The notes beneath the pieces were generated by a model that was not told the DNA's origin, did no database searches, and was given only the letters and a program-made list of their open reading frames with translations. DNA of 64,000 bases from Mobula hypostoma (lineage: Eukaryota), in the NCBI RefSeq assembly GCF_963921235.1, contig NC_086108.1, positions 8,804,001-8,868,000 of the forward strand. Reading direction: 5' to 3'. Positions within the stretch are counted from its first letter, which is position 1; the number at the start of each line of letters is the position of its first letter. Both the position numbers and the translations under genes were made by a program. Positions 1 through 11,667 of this stretch are shown here, one piece after another.

Positions 1-72
1 GGTTCGGCTGGACAGCAAGTCCTTCCTGAGTCGGCACGGCATGGACATGAAGTTCACCTACTGCGATGCACG
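1..72 (+). CDS. HIF3A: HIF-alpha (HIF3A-like) exon, start of PAS-B (5' part outside window)
   Basis: Frame 2 reads VRLDSKSFLSRHGMDMKFTYCDAR, matching HIF-alpha [22 protein letters not shown]. Donor cg|gtaggc, phase 2. Confidence 0.9.
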
Positions 73-524
73 GTAGGCAGACGGGGTGAGGGTGGGGGGG
101 GGCAGCTTGAGAAACTCTCACCACTCGCTGCGGGCTGAAGCCACAGATTCTCAGCTGAGCTCATTATTGTGGTGTGGGCGGTGGGAGTGAGAGTGAATCA
201 CTGACTGACACTGGATACCGTGCTGTCTCGGTGAATGCTGGTTGCTTTGCCTCACCGCAGACACAGGCACAGCTAATGGTGGTGATGCTTCACAGCTGCA
301 GTGACCCTGTTTCAATCCTGACCTTCCTTTGTGTGCCGTCTGCACGAGCTGACGTCCCCAGGAATAAATGCCACATGGGTTCCCCCTGCACCTGGGGCTA
401 CAGTTTCTTCCCACATCCCATCAAATCCACAGCTTTTTGGGATGTCTGGACTGACTACTATAAGTGGTGGAACCTGGAGGAAGGTGGTTGGAACGCTGAG
501 GCAACGGTTGACTGGAACCGCTGA

Positions 525-1490
525 CGATCAACACTGGCGCACCTCAGGGGTGTGTGCTTAGCCCACTGCTCTACTCTATATCTACACATGACTGTGTGGC
601 TAGGCATAGCTCAAATACCATCCATAAATTTGCTGACGATACAAGCATTGTTGATAGAATCTCAGGTGGTGACGAGAGGGAGTACAGGAGTGAGGTATGC
701 CAACTAGTGGAATGGTGTCGCAGCAACAACCTGGCACTCAATGTCAGTAAGACGGAAGAGCTGATTGTGGACTTCAGGAAGGGTAAGATGAAGGAACACA
801 TACCAATCCTCATAAAGGGATCAGAAGTGGAGAGAGTGAGCAGCTTCAAGTTCCTGGGTGTCAAGATCTCTGAGGATCTAACCTGGTCCCAACATATTGA
901 TGTAGTTATAAAGAAGGCAAGACTTTATTAGGAGTTTGAAGAGATTTGGCATGTCAACAAATACACTCAAAAACTTCTATAGATGTACTGTGGAGAGCAC
1001 TCTGACAGGCTGCATCACTGTCTGGTATGGGAGGGCTACTGCACAGGACCGAAAGAAGCTGCAGGAAGTTGTAAATCTAGTCAGCTCCATCTTGGGTACT
1101 CGCCTACAAAGTACCCAGGACATCTTCAGGGAGCGGTGTCTCAGAAAGGCAGCGTCCATTATTAAGGACCTCCAGCACCCAGGACATGCCCTTTTCTCAC
1201 TGTTACCATCAGGTAGGAGGTACAGAAGCCTGAAGGCACACACTCAGCGATTCAGGAACAGCTTCTTCCCCTCTGACATCTGATTCCTAAATGGACATTG
1301 AGTCTTTGGACACTACCTCACTTTTTTTTAATTTACTGTATTTCTGTTTTTGCACGTTTTTTAAATATTCAATATATGTAATTGATTTACTTATTTTTAT
1401 TTTATTTTTTTGTCTGCTATATTATATATTGCATTGAACTGCTGCTGCTAAATTAACAAATTTCACGTCACATGCCGGTGATAATGAAAT
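525..1490 (+). mobile_element. Rex/Babar-type LINE, 5'-truncated 3' fragment
   Basis: ORFs 554-931 and 936-1283 carry LSPLLYS..THDC, KFADDT, NNLALNVSKT, FYRCTVES and LPSGRRYRS..RFRNSFFP, followed by an AT-rich 3' UTR. Confidence 0.85.
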
Positions 1491-1674
1491 TGTGAGAGAG
1501 AATGGGATTTCTCTGTGAGCTAGTATTGGCCGATGGGCCAAAACCTCCTCAAAACCAAAGGTGGAAAGATGAGAAATTCCATTCCAATGCAGATCCTCCC
1601 GTCGTGCTACAGGCTCTGTGGTGGTCTGTCAGTGAACACGATCCCACAAGCAGGAATAAGCGAATGACGAGGCA

Positions 1675-2320
1675 GCAACACACAAAATGCTCTGGGGGTG
1701 GGGGGGGGGGAAGCTCAGCAGGCCAGGCAGAATCTGTGGAGATGAATAAACAGTCGACGTTTCCGGCCAAGATCCTCCTTCTGGACTGGAAAGGAAAGGG
1801 GAAGACACCAGAATAAAAAGGTTGGGGGAGAGGAAGGAGGATTGCTAGAAGGTGATAGGTGAAGCCAGGTAGGTAGAAAAGATTAAGGGCTGGAGAAGGA
1901 GGAATCTGATAGGAGAGGAGAGTGGACCATAGGAGAAAGGGCAGGGAGAGATGAGAAGAGGCCAGAGTGGGGATTAGAAGAACAAGGAAGGATTTTTTTT
2001 TCACCGGAACAAAATCCATGTTCATGCCATCAGGTTGGAGGCTACCTGGACGGAATATAAGGTGTTGCTCCTCCACCCTGAGTGTGGCCTCATCTTGGAA
2101 CAAGAGGAGCCCATGGACCCAAATATTGGAATTGGAATTTAAATGTTTGGCCACCGGGAAATTCCGCCTTTTTCAGATGGTGCGGAGGTGCAAGATCTGA
2201 TTTATGACGGGGCCTCACCAATGTAGAGGAGGCCACATCAGGAGTACCGGACACAATAGACAACCCCAGCATATTCGCAGGTGAAGTGTTACCTCACCTG
2301 GAAGAACTGTTTGGGTCCCC
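1675..2320 (-). mobile_element. Penelope-like element 3' fragment (GIY-YIG C-terminus plus terminal repeat)
   Basis: Minus ORF contains EATLRVEEQHLIFRPGSLQPDGMNMDF, followed by a pyrimidine-rich tract and the recurrent terminal motif (aacacacaaaatgctggaggaactcagcagg on +). Confidence 0.75.
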
Positions 2321-2819
2321 AGATGACAAGGAAGTATTTTTTAATGATTTAAAGCCCCCAGGGTGTCACTCCTAGAGGTGAAAGCAAGCCTTGGTATAAT
2401 GCCCTGGGAGGGGCTGGGAGTGATCTCAGAGGCTGGGTGGGGGGGGAGGGAGGGGAAGGGGCTGCAGTAATCATATCTGTTTTCCTACAGCTGTACGTGT
2501 CTAGGATACGTGAAGAAAAGCAGGGAATGAGTCTGAGGGGTTAAATTCCTGACCGCCACTGTCTCTGTACATCGGAACGTTTTGTTCACTGGCGGGCTGC
2601 CAGCCTCGGGCTGAAAATAGAACAACAGTGGGTTTGCTGCACACATTTAAAGAGCACTTGGTACCATAGTGCTGGAGAGTGTTCTCAGGCAGTCTTTGGG
2701 GGTCTGGGATTGCTGAATCAGTGAGGGGTGTTGTTGGCGTTAACAACCAGCATTCCTGAGGATGTGCTGGGGGCAGCCCACAGGTGTGGCTATGCTCCGG
2801 CGACAACATTGCACAGCCA

Positions 2820-2980
2820 CAATTTACTAATCCGAACTTGTCCATACGCCTTTGGGCTGTGGGTGGAAACCGGAGCACCCGGAGGAAACCCACACAGTCA
2901 CGGGGAGAGCGTACAAACTCCTTACAGGTGGTGGCGAGAATTGAACCCGGGTTACTGGCGCTATAGTAGCGTTACGCTCC
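2820..2980 (-). mobile_element. tRNA-derived HE1/V-SINE-like SINE fragment
   Basis: ggaaaccggagcacccggaggaaacccacacagtcacgggg...gaattgaaccc is the reverse complement of a SINE head with B-box ggttcaattc. Related copies at ~8970-9190 (+), 17050-17185 (-) and 28730-28895 (-). Confidence 0.65.
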
Positions 2981-3854
2981 CCTGGCCACAATGCTCAGCA
3001 AAGCAACAGCACAGATGTACCTCCGTCTCCAGGGCAGGCCAGTCCCCAGAACCGGACTCTCGCACTTGCAGGCATCGGGATTCGGAATCAGAAATCGGGT
3101 TTAACAATTATGTATCGAGATAAAGCACGGAGTAAGCCCTTCCAGCTCTTTGAGCTGCAACGCCTAGTAATCCCCCGATTTAATCCTAGTCTAACCACGG
3201 GACAATTTACAATCACTAACTAATCTACCAACCTACAACGCCACTGCGCCGCCCCCTATCACTGGTATGTGTCATGAAGTTCGTTGTGGCAGCAGTACAT
3301 TGCAATACATAATAAAAAAATCTAAGATTACAGTAAGAAATGTATGTAAAAAATTTAAAGTAGTGCAAAAAGAGAGCAAGAAAAAAGTGATCTAGCGTTC
3401 ATGCGGACCGTGGGAACTGCAGATGGTCGGCAGTGTGGCGAGGAGGTGCCTTCCATGGGGTTTGTGTCTGCCCCCAGGATATGACCTCCGGAAGACAATG
3501 CTGCTCATGCTCCTTCCCCTTGGGCTGTGAAGACCTGGGAGTCAGTGGGAACATCCACATTTCTCAAAGAGAATGTCTTCAGATCTCTCCTCTGTCTGTG
3601 ACCCAGCTCTCAGTGGAGGGTGTGATCCGGGGATCTGGTCGGACGAGCAACATGACTTTTCCAGTGCATTTCCCACACGGTAATCCATGCCTCACTGCTG
3701 GGTCCAGCTTATTGAGCCAGTACTGGGGGCTGTTCCAGCACACGCTGTCTTGCAGATATTATCCTTGGCATTGTTACAGCATAAACTGTGTGTGGCACCA
3801 CTCCACAAAGTTTCAGATTCAAAAGAAAAACACACCAAAGGCAAAGAAACAACT

Positions 3855-4343
3855 GCACTCAGTAGCCTGTTGTGTGGATCCCAGCTGCTGTACTCCATCC
3901 ATTTCAAGGTTTGACGTGTTGTGCATTCAGATATGCTCTTCTGCACACCAGTGTCGTAACGCATGGTTATTCGAGTTACTGTCACCTTCCTGTCATCTTG
4001 AACTAATCTGTCCATTCTCCTCTGACCTCTCTCATTAACAAAGTGTTTTCACCCACAGAACTACCACTCACTGGATGCTTTTTTGTTCTTCGCACCACTC
4101 TCTGGTTGTGCATAAAGATCTCAGGAGATCAGCAATTTCTGAGATACTCAGACCAACAGTCATTCCATTGTCAAAGCCACTTGGATCACATTTATTCCCC
4201 ATTCTGACATTTGGTCTGAACAACAACTGAACTTCTTGACCATGTCTACATGCTTTAATGTATTGAGTTGCCACCACATGATTGGCTGATTAGATATTTG
4301 CATTAATGAGCAGGTGTATCTAATAAAGTAGCCACTCAGTGTA
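3855..4343 (-). mobile_element. Tc1/mariner non-autonomous remnant
   Basis: Terminal motifs cactcagtagcc ... ataaagtagccactcagtgta. The minus strand encodes an HTH-like transposase remnant (RLVQDDRKVTVTRITMRY..QKSISECTTRQTLKWMEYSS). A second partial copy lies at ~5340-5528. Confidence 0.7.
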
Positions 4344-4344
4344 T

Positions 4345-5340
4345 TTGCAACACACCCAAAATGCTGGAGGAACTCAGCAAGTCAGGCAGCATCTATGGAA
4401 GGGAATAAATAGTTGACATTTTGGGCTAAGACAACTTCTTCAGGACTGGAGAGGAAGGAGGAAGAGCCATAATGAGGTCTGGGGTAAGGAGTTCAAGCTG
4501 GCAGGAGATGGGTGATACCAGTTGAGTGGGAAGGCTAGGTGGGTAGAGTGGTGAAGTTAGAAGCTGGCAGATGATACCAGGTGAGTGGGAAGGCTAGGTG
4601 GGTAGAGTGGTGAAGTTAGAAGCTGGCAGATGATACCAGGTGAGTGGGAAGGCTAGGTGGGTAGGGTGGTGAAGTTAGAAGCTGGGAGATGATAGGTGGA
4701 AGAGGTAAAGGATTGAAGAAGGAGGAATTTGATAGAGGAGAGGAGGATGAACCATGGGAGAAAGGGAATAAGGAGGAGCACTAGAGGGAGGTGATAACCA
4801 GGTGAGGAGAAGAGAAGGGGTGAAAGGGAAGCTGGACACAAGATTCTGCAGATGCTGGAAATCCAGAGTAACGCACACAATACTGAAGGAACTCAGAGCT
4901 CAGGCAGCATCTATGGAGAGAAGTGAACAGTCAACCTTTCAGGTCAAGACCCTTCATCAGGACTGGAAAGGAAGGGGGAAGAAGCCAGAATAAGTTAGCT
5001 GGAGGGAGAGGACAGCTGACAGGTGATAGGTGAGGGGGAAGGTGGGTGGGGGGGGGTAAAATACCTCATTCCATTTGTGTGGCATCCAACCTGATGGCAT
5101 GAACACCAATTCCTCTAACTTATGATAATTTTCCACCCCCTTCACTCCACTTTCCCTCTCTCTCATTCCACATTCTGGTTCTTCTCTCGCTCTTCTCAGC
5201 TGCCATCGCTTCCCCTGGATCACCTCTTCCTTCCCTTTCTCCCCTGGTCCACTCTCCCCTACTTTCTGATTCCTCCTTCTCTAGCCCTTTACCATTTCCA
5301 CCTGTCTCCTCCAGCTTCCTACTTCATCCATACCTCCCCC
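4345..5340. mobile_element. cluster of Penelope-derived terminal fragments
   Basis: Repeated aatgctggaggaactcagc...cccttcatcaggactgga motifs at ~4350 and ~4840, and a + strand ggcatccaacctgatggcatgaac (QPDGMN) remnant at ~5080. Confidence 0.6.
4513..4694. repeat. 59-bp tandem repeat x3
   Basis: The unit gataccag(g/t)tgagtgggaaggctaggtgggtagagtggtgaagttagaagctggcagat recurs with a 59-bp period. Confidence 0.9.
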
Positions 5341-5701
5341 AACAATCATTCCACGGTCAAAGTCACTTAGATCACATTTCTTCTCTGTTCTGATGTTTGA
5401 GCTGAACAGCAACTGGACCTCTTGACCATGTCTGCATGCTTTTATGCATTGACGGCTGCCATGTGATTGGCTGATTAGATATTTGCATTAATGAGTAGGT
5501 GTACCTAGTAAAGTATCTACTGAGTGTACGTGACAAATAATCCTAATCTTTAAAAGTGTGGGAGTCCAGCTGACAAGGGGATTGAAATGGGCAAGCCTGG
5601 CATTAAGTGTTGTAGCAGCAGGTAGATTGAGGTGGGCTGGAGTTTGGGATTGCAGGCATGGAATGAGACAAAAACTGTCACTGATGGGCTAGAGAATGGT
5701 C

Positions 5702-5808
5702 ACTGACAAGGGAGGGAGAGGACGAGGGCTGACGAGGGAGGAGAGGACGAGGGCTGACGAGGGAGGAGAGGACGGGGGAGGACAAGGGCTGACGAGGGAG
5801 GGGGAGAA
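5702..5808. repeat. purine-rich ~25-bp tandem repeat
   Basis: About 4 imperfect copies of gggctgacgagggaggagaggacga, 60 bp upstream of exon 5869. Confidence 0.8.
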
Positions 5809-5868
5809 TGACTGCTGATGAGGTAGTGGGACCTGCTGCCCAGCCTGATTCTGCTTTTCTCTCTACAG

Positions 5869-5975
5869 AATCACCGAGCTCTGTGGTCACCGCCCGAATT
5901 TGCTGCTCGGACACACTGCCTATGAATTCTACCATTCGCTGGACTCTGACCACATGACCAAGACGCACCAAATCT
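5869..5975 (+). CDS. HIF3A: HIF3A-like exon, PAS-B
   Basis: Acceptor ctctctacag| and donor |gtaggt. 107 bp, [35 protein letters not shown], like HIF1A [34 protein letters not shown]. Phases 2/1 fit the neighbouring exons. Confidence 0.92.
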
Positions 5976-6002
5976 GTAGGTAGTTTCTGGTGGGACGTTA
6001 GC

Positions 6003-6548
6003 AATTGGGATGTTATGTTGAAGTTGTATAAGACATTGGTGAGACCTAATTTGGAGTATTGTGTGCAGTTCTGGGCACCTACCTACAGGAAAGATGTCAA
6101 TATGATTGAAAGAGTGCAGAGAAAATTTACAAGAATGTTGTTGGGTCTTGAGGAGCTGAATTATAGGGAAGGGTTGAGTATATTGGAGAATGAGGGGAAA
6201 TCTGATGAGGTACTGAAATAGAGGGATTTAAATAGGGTGAATGCAGACTTTTCCCCCTCAGATTGGGTGAGACGTCAACTAGAGGTCATGGGTTAAGGTG
6301 AAATGTTTAAGGGGAACATGAGGGTGAACTTCTTCACTCAGAGGGTGGTGAGAGTGTGGAACGAGCTGTCAGTAGAAGTTGTGGATGTGAGTTCAATTGC
6401 AACATTTAAGAGTAGTTTGGATAGGTACATGAATGGGAGGGATATGGAGGACTATGATCCAGACACGGGTTGATGGGACTTGGCAAAATACCAGTTCAGC
6501 ATGGGCTAGATGGGCTGAAGGGCCTGTTTCTGTGCGGCACTGTTCTAT
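6003..6548 (+). mobile_element. old CR1 LINE 3' fragment
   Basis: LYKTLVRPNLEYCVQFWAP..ERVQRKFTRML plus a CR1-type 3' UTR. Confidence 0.85.
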
Positions 6549-7029
6549 AGACACAAGAGCTACTGCAGGTGCTAGAAATCTGGAGCAATACACGCAGCGT
6601 ACTCAGCAGGTCGGACAGCGTCAATGGATGGGAATAAAGAGACAACGTTTCGAGCTGAGACCCTTCACTCTGGTTTCTGTTCTGTCACAGCCCACCAGAG
6701 AGAGCAGAAGGAGCTGAACTGTGTCCCCGGCTGGCTGTGTGTGACAAGCTCAGCTCTGTGTCTGTGCGGTGCTGATGGTGCAGGAATCCCTGGTATCTCA
6801 CCACTGGCCATCCCGTGTTTCACCAGAACGATTAAGTTGTCACCTGATCCAGGAATAGGCACTACTGGAAGTGACTGGGAGAGAAACTAGTCAAAGCAGC
6901 TGGTGGGGGTTAGGGTTAAAGAGCTTGACTACTGGACCCAGACCAGCCCTTCACTGCGCACCCTTACCATCACCTTGGAAACTTCAATCAGTAGAACCTT
7001 GCCTTTCCTCACACCCCGGGATATAATTC

Positions 7030-8530
7030 TGAAGTTAATTTGCCCGTTGAGTCAGTGGTAAGCAAGGCAAAAGCAATGTTAGCACTCATTTCCAGAGGAC
7101 TAGAATACAATAGACCATAAAACATAGGAGCATGTTTAGGCCATTTGGCCCATCGAGTCTGCTCCACCATTTCATCATGGCTGATCCATTACCCTCTCCA
7201 CTTATCCCTGACTAATCAGGAATCTATCAACCTCCGTCTTAAATATACCCAATGACCTGGTCTCCACCTGTGACAACGAATTCCACAGATTCACCACCCT
7301 CTGGGTAAAGAAATTCTTCCTCATCTTCGTTCTAAATGGACGTCCCTCTAGTCTGAGGCTGCGTCCTCTGGTCCGAGACATTCCCCCCACCCCCATCGGA
7401 AACATCCACTTCACATCAGTCGAGACCTTTCAACATTTGATAGGTTTCAATGAGATCACCCCTCATTCTTCTGAATTCCAGTGAGTATCGGCTCAAAGGA
7501 ATCAAACACTTCTCGTACGTTAATCCTTTCAATCCTGGAATCATTTTCTTGAACCTCCTTTGAACCCTCTCCAATATCAGCACATCCTTTCTTAGATGAT
7601 TGTGATCAGTTCTGGGCCCCTTATCTAAGTGAGGCTTCAACAATGCCTTATAAAGCCCCAGCATTGCATTCTTGCTTTTATATTCTAGTCCTCGTGAAAC
7701 GAATGCTAACATCGTATTTGCCTTTCTCATCATGCAAGCTGACCTCTGGCAAGTCCTGCACAAGGACTCCCAAGTCCGTTTGCACCTCAGATTTTTGAAT
7801 TTTCTCTCCATTTAGAAAATAGTCTACACACTTTTATTTCTTCTACCAAAGTGCATGACAATACACTTCCTGACACTGTATTCCATCTTTGTCCATTATC
7901 GTAATCTGTCCAAGTCCTTCTACAGCCTCCGGGCTTCCTCAACATTACCTACCTTTGTATCGTATGCAGACTTGGCCACAAAGCAGGATGTAATTAATGC
8001 TGAAGCTTCATAAGGCATTAGTCAGACTGCACTTGGAGTATTGTGAGCAGTTTTGGGCCCCTTATCTAAGAAAAGGTAAGTTGGAGAGGCTCCAGTGGAG
8101 GTTCACAAGAATGATCCTGGGTTAGAAAAGGATAATGTATAAGCGTTTGATAGAAGAATAAGGGAAGGGGCGGGAGTGGAATCTCATTGAAACCTATCGA
8201 ATGTTGAAAGGCCTATATAGAGTGGATGTTTCCTATTGTGGGGGAGTCTAGGGGCAGAGGGCACAGCCCCAGTATGCAAGGATGTCCCTTTAGAACAGGG
8301 ATGAGGAGGAATTTTTTTAGCCAGAGGGTAGTGAATCGGTGGAATTTGTTGCCTCAAAAACCGTGGAGGCCAAGTTGTTGAGTGTATTTAAAGCAGAGAT
8401 TGATAGGTCCATGATTAGTAAAGGTGTCAAAGATTGCGGGGAGAAGACAGGAGAACAGGATTGAAGGGGAAAGTAAGTCAGCTGTGGTGGAATGGTGGAG
8501 CAGACGAATGGCCCAACTCTACTCCTATGT
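7030..8530. mobile_element. nested old CR1 fragments (minus copy ~7110-7985 inside a plus copy)
   Basis: Minus ORFs carry KANTMLAF..LERVQRRF and KNFFTQRVVNLWNSL. The plus-strand CR1 sequence resumes at ~7995. Confidence 0.75.
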
Positions 8531-9721
8531 CTTATTTGTCTACCTCTCCTCCTCCTCCCTCCTACCTTTGCCCTTTCCCTCTCAGTCAATGCTGTTCTCA
8601 CCCCTGAGCTTGGTTTTTCATGTGGTAGAGCAGATTGTGGTCTCCTCCTCTCCGCCCCAGGCGGTGGATGTTGGGAGGGGCTCCCCAGAATGTCTTGTTT
8701 TCCCTCTCACTAACCAAAGTGCACGTCAGCCACTGACTGCTGTGAAAACAAGTTTACTTTGGGTGGTGTCCAGGGGCTGTATTCTGGGCACATTGCTTTA
8801 AAGGTATTCAGAGCTGTTGTTTACTGAGCACAGTGTTGAATGTCACCCCGTCCAAAGGTTGTCAGGGACTTGGTGCCTGGTACAGTTCTGCAGGCAGCAG
8901 CTCTGAGTTTTCATTTGTATGGAACTTTTTGAGCTGCCTTGTGGGAGTGTTATTGAACAAAAAACCATGGTGTGCCAGTGCAATAGTTAGCTTGACGCTT
9001 TAGCGAGCCAGTGATCAGCGATCGGTGTTCTATTCCCACCGCCGTCTGAAGGAGTTCCTACGTTCTTCCTGTGACCGCCCAGATTCCTCTGGGTGCTCCA
9101 GTTCCTCCCACAGTCCAAAGATATATGGGTTAGTGTTAGTTAGTTGTAGGTGTGCTATCTTGGTGCCAGGAGTGTCCCCAGCACATCCTCGGACAGTTTT
9201 GTGGGAGAAGCCGGAGACTGGTGGTAGACGGTTGCCTCTCTGACTGGAGGTCTGTGATTAGTGGGGTGCCACAGGGATCGGTGCTGGGTTGGTGGTTGTT
9301 TGCCATCTATACCAACGATCTGGGTGATAATGCAGTTAACTGTATCAGTAAATTTGTAGATGTCACCAAGATTGGGGGTGTAGTGGACGGTGAGAGAGGT
9401 CGTCATGGCTTGCGGCGGGATCTAGACCAGCCGGAAAAATTGGCTGAACAATGGCATTTGGAATTTAATGCAGACAGGTGCGAGGTGTAGGACTAACCAG
9501 GGTAGGTCTTACACAGTGAACAGTCGGGCACTGAGGAGTGCGGTAGTTCAAAGGAATCTGGGAATACAGGTCCATAATTCATTGAAGTAGTAGCACAGGT
9601 CGATAGAGCCGTAAAGAAAGCTTTTGGCCCATTGGTCTTCATAAATCAAAGTACTGAGTACAGGAGATGAGATGTTATGTTGAAGTTGTATAAGATGGTG
9701 AGGCCTAATTTGGAGTACCGT

Positions 9722-9945
9722 GCAACACACATCAAAGCTGCTGGTGAACGCAGCAGGCCAGGCAGCATCTCTACGAGGAGGTACAGTCGACGTTTCAGGC
9801 CGAGACCCTTCGTCAGGACTAATGAAGGGTCTCGGCCTGAAACATCGACTGTACCTCCTCCTAGAGATGCTGCCTGGCCTGCTGCGTTCACCAGCAACTT
9901 TGATGTGTGTTGCTTGAATTTCCAGCATCTGCAGAATTCCTCGTG
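9722..9945. mobile_element. palindromic Penelope-derived element carrying hammerhead motifs
   Basis: Near-perfect inverted repeat 9722-9913, flanked by the direct repeat ttggagtacYgtg (9710-9722 and 9946-9958). Confidence 0.8.
9785..9820 (-). ncRNA. minimal type-I hammerhead ribozyme motif
   Basis: Minus strand reads AGUC-CUGACGA-AGGGUCUCGGCCU-GAAAC-GUC^GACU: stem I AGUC/GACU, intact core, palindromic short stem III. Confidence 0.65.
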
Positions 9946-11155
9946 TTGGAGTACTGTGTGCAGTTTTGGTCACCTACCTTCAGAAAAGATGTAAACGAGG
10001 TTGAAAGAGTACAAAGAAAATATACAAGGATGTTGCCGGGTCTGGAGGACCTGAGTTATAAGAAAAGATTGAATAGGTTAGGACTTTATTCCGTGGCGCG
10101 TAGAAGATTAAGAGGAGATTTGACAGAGGTATACAAAATTGAGGTGTATAGATAGGGTAAATGCAAGCAGGCTTTTTTTTTACTTGAGGTTGGGTGGTTC
10201 TACAACCAGAGTTCATGGGTTAAGGGTGAAAGGTGAAAAGTTTAAGGGGAACATGAGGGGAATCTTCGTCACTCAGAGGGTGGTGAGAGTGTGGAACGAG
10301 CTGCCAACGTAAGTGGTGCATGCGAGCTCGATTTCAGTGTTTTAAAAGTAGTGTGGATAGGTACATGGATGGTAGGGGTATGGTATGGAGGACTATGGTC
10401 CTGGTGTGGGTTGATGGGAGTAGGTAGTTTATATAGTTTGGGACAGACTAGATGGGCCAAAAAGCCTGTTTCTGTGCTGTACTTTTCTACGACTCTATGT
10501 CGAAGCATTGTGGCACTTGCAGGCTCCCCCAGTACATCCTCGGGCTGTGCTGGTCACTGGCGCGAACGGCGCCTTCCGCTGTGTGTTTTGATATGTGACA
10601 AATAAAGCTAATCTTCAAACTGATGCCTAGCCACGTATTGAGGCATACAAGCAAGAACTTAATGGTTGAGGGATAGTAACTGTTTCTGAACCTGTTGGTG
10701 TGAGTCCTCGGGCTCCTATACCTCCTTCCTGATGGCAGCAGCAAGAAGAGAGCGTGTCCTGGGTGGTGGGGATCCCTGATGATGGATGTTGCTTTATGCA
10801 ACAGTGCTCCTTCTAGATGTGCTCAATGGTGGGGAGGGCTTTTCCCAATGAAACGATAACTCAGTCCCTCAAATCTTGGCAATATCCTGCCTAACCCCCT
10901 GAGTTCCTCCAGTACTTTCTGTGTGTTGCTCTGGATTTCCAGAATCTGCAGAATCTCTTGTGTTGGTCAATTTTTTATACACTTTGTAGCATCGTTACTA
11001 TACCATGGCCGAGTGGAGATCCCATAGTTTTATGACAAACGGATCTGTAAGCTCACACCCTAAATCTCTGGGTTTTGCTGTCTACAGCATTTGTGGCACA
11101 AGGCTATTTCCGACGGGTGACTGGGTATAACTGTCCTTTGTGTTTGCTTCCACAG

Positions 11156-11303
11156 TGCTGAATAAGGGCCAGGTCAGCTCTGGTCAGTACCGCTTTCTGG
11201 CCAAGAGTGGAGGATATGTGTGGTTGGAGACACAAGCCACTGTGATCTACAGTGGGGACAACTTAAAGCCGGAAAGCATTGTCTGCATTAACTATGTGCT
11301 CAG
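11156..11303 (+). CDS. HIF3A: HIF3A-like exon, PAS-B/PAC
   Basis: Acceptor ttccacag| and donor |gtaagt. 148 bp, [50 protein letters not shown]. The LLxKGQ and ESIVC motifs resemble HIF3A. Confidence 0.93.
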
Positions 11304-11667
11304 GTAAGTTCTCAGCAGAAACTGATGGTGTCTTGGAGAAAGGGAGTCCTGACATCGTGGGCAGTTTGAAGACTTATGAGGTCAGGGCAAACTTTTAAAA
11401 TTCCTCAGCCTAAAGTTTGTATCTCACCACTGTCTCACTTCACAAACACGAGATTCTGCAGATTCTGGAAATCCAGAGCAACATGTACAAAACACTCAAA
11501 TCATCAACTCTTATTCCTGTCCATGGATGCTGCCTGACCTGCTGAGTTCCAACAGCATTTTGTGTGTGTTGTATTGTCTCTGCAATACATGCCCACACTC
11601 TCATGCACACCCACACACACACCTCCAAACTCAGGACGGGCTGCGTCCAGAGTCCCTACCCCAGATG

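Larger units (their letters stand above)
9213..10498 (+). mobile_element. old CR1 LINE RT/3' fragment interrupted by a palindromic insert
   Basis: SGVPQGSVLG..ISKFVDVTKIGG and LEYCVQFWSP motifs, split at 9723-9945. Confidence 0.85.

Noticed and set aside
174..524. Short ORFs after the first exon
   Set aside because: Intronic, with no homology or supporting splice signals.
3433..4038. 201-aa ORF
   Set aside because: No recognisable domain, and its 3' part is the antisense strand of a Tc1 remnant.
4513..4694. Regular repeats resembling a CRISPR array
   Set aside because: Head-to-tail units without unique spacers, in eukaryotic DNA.
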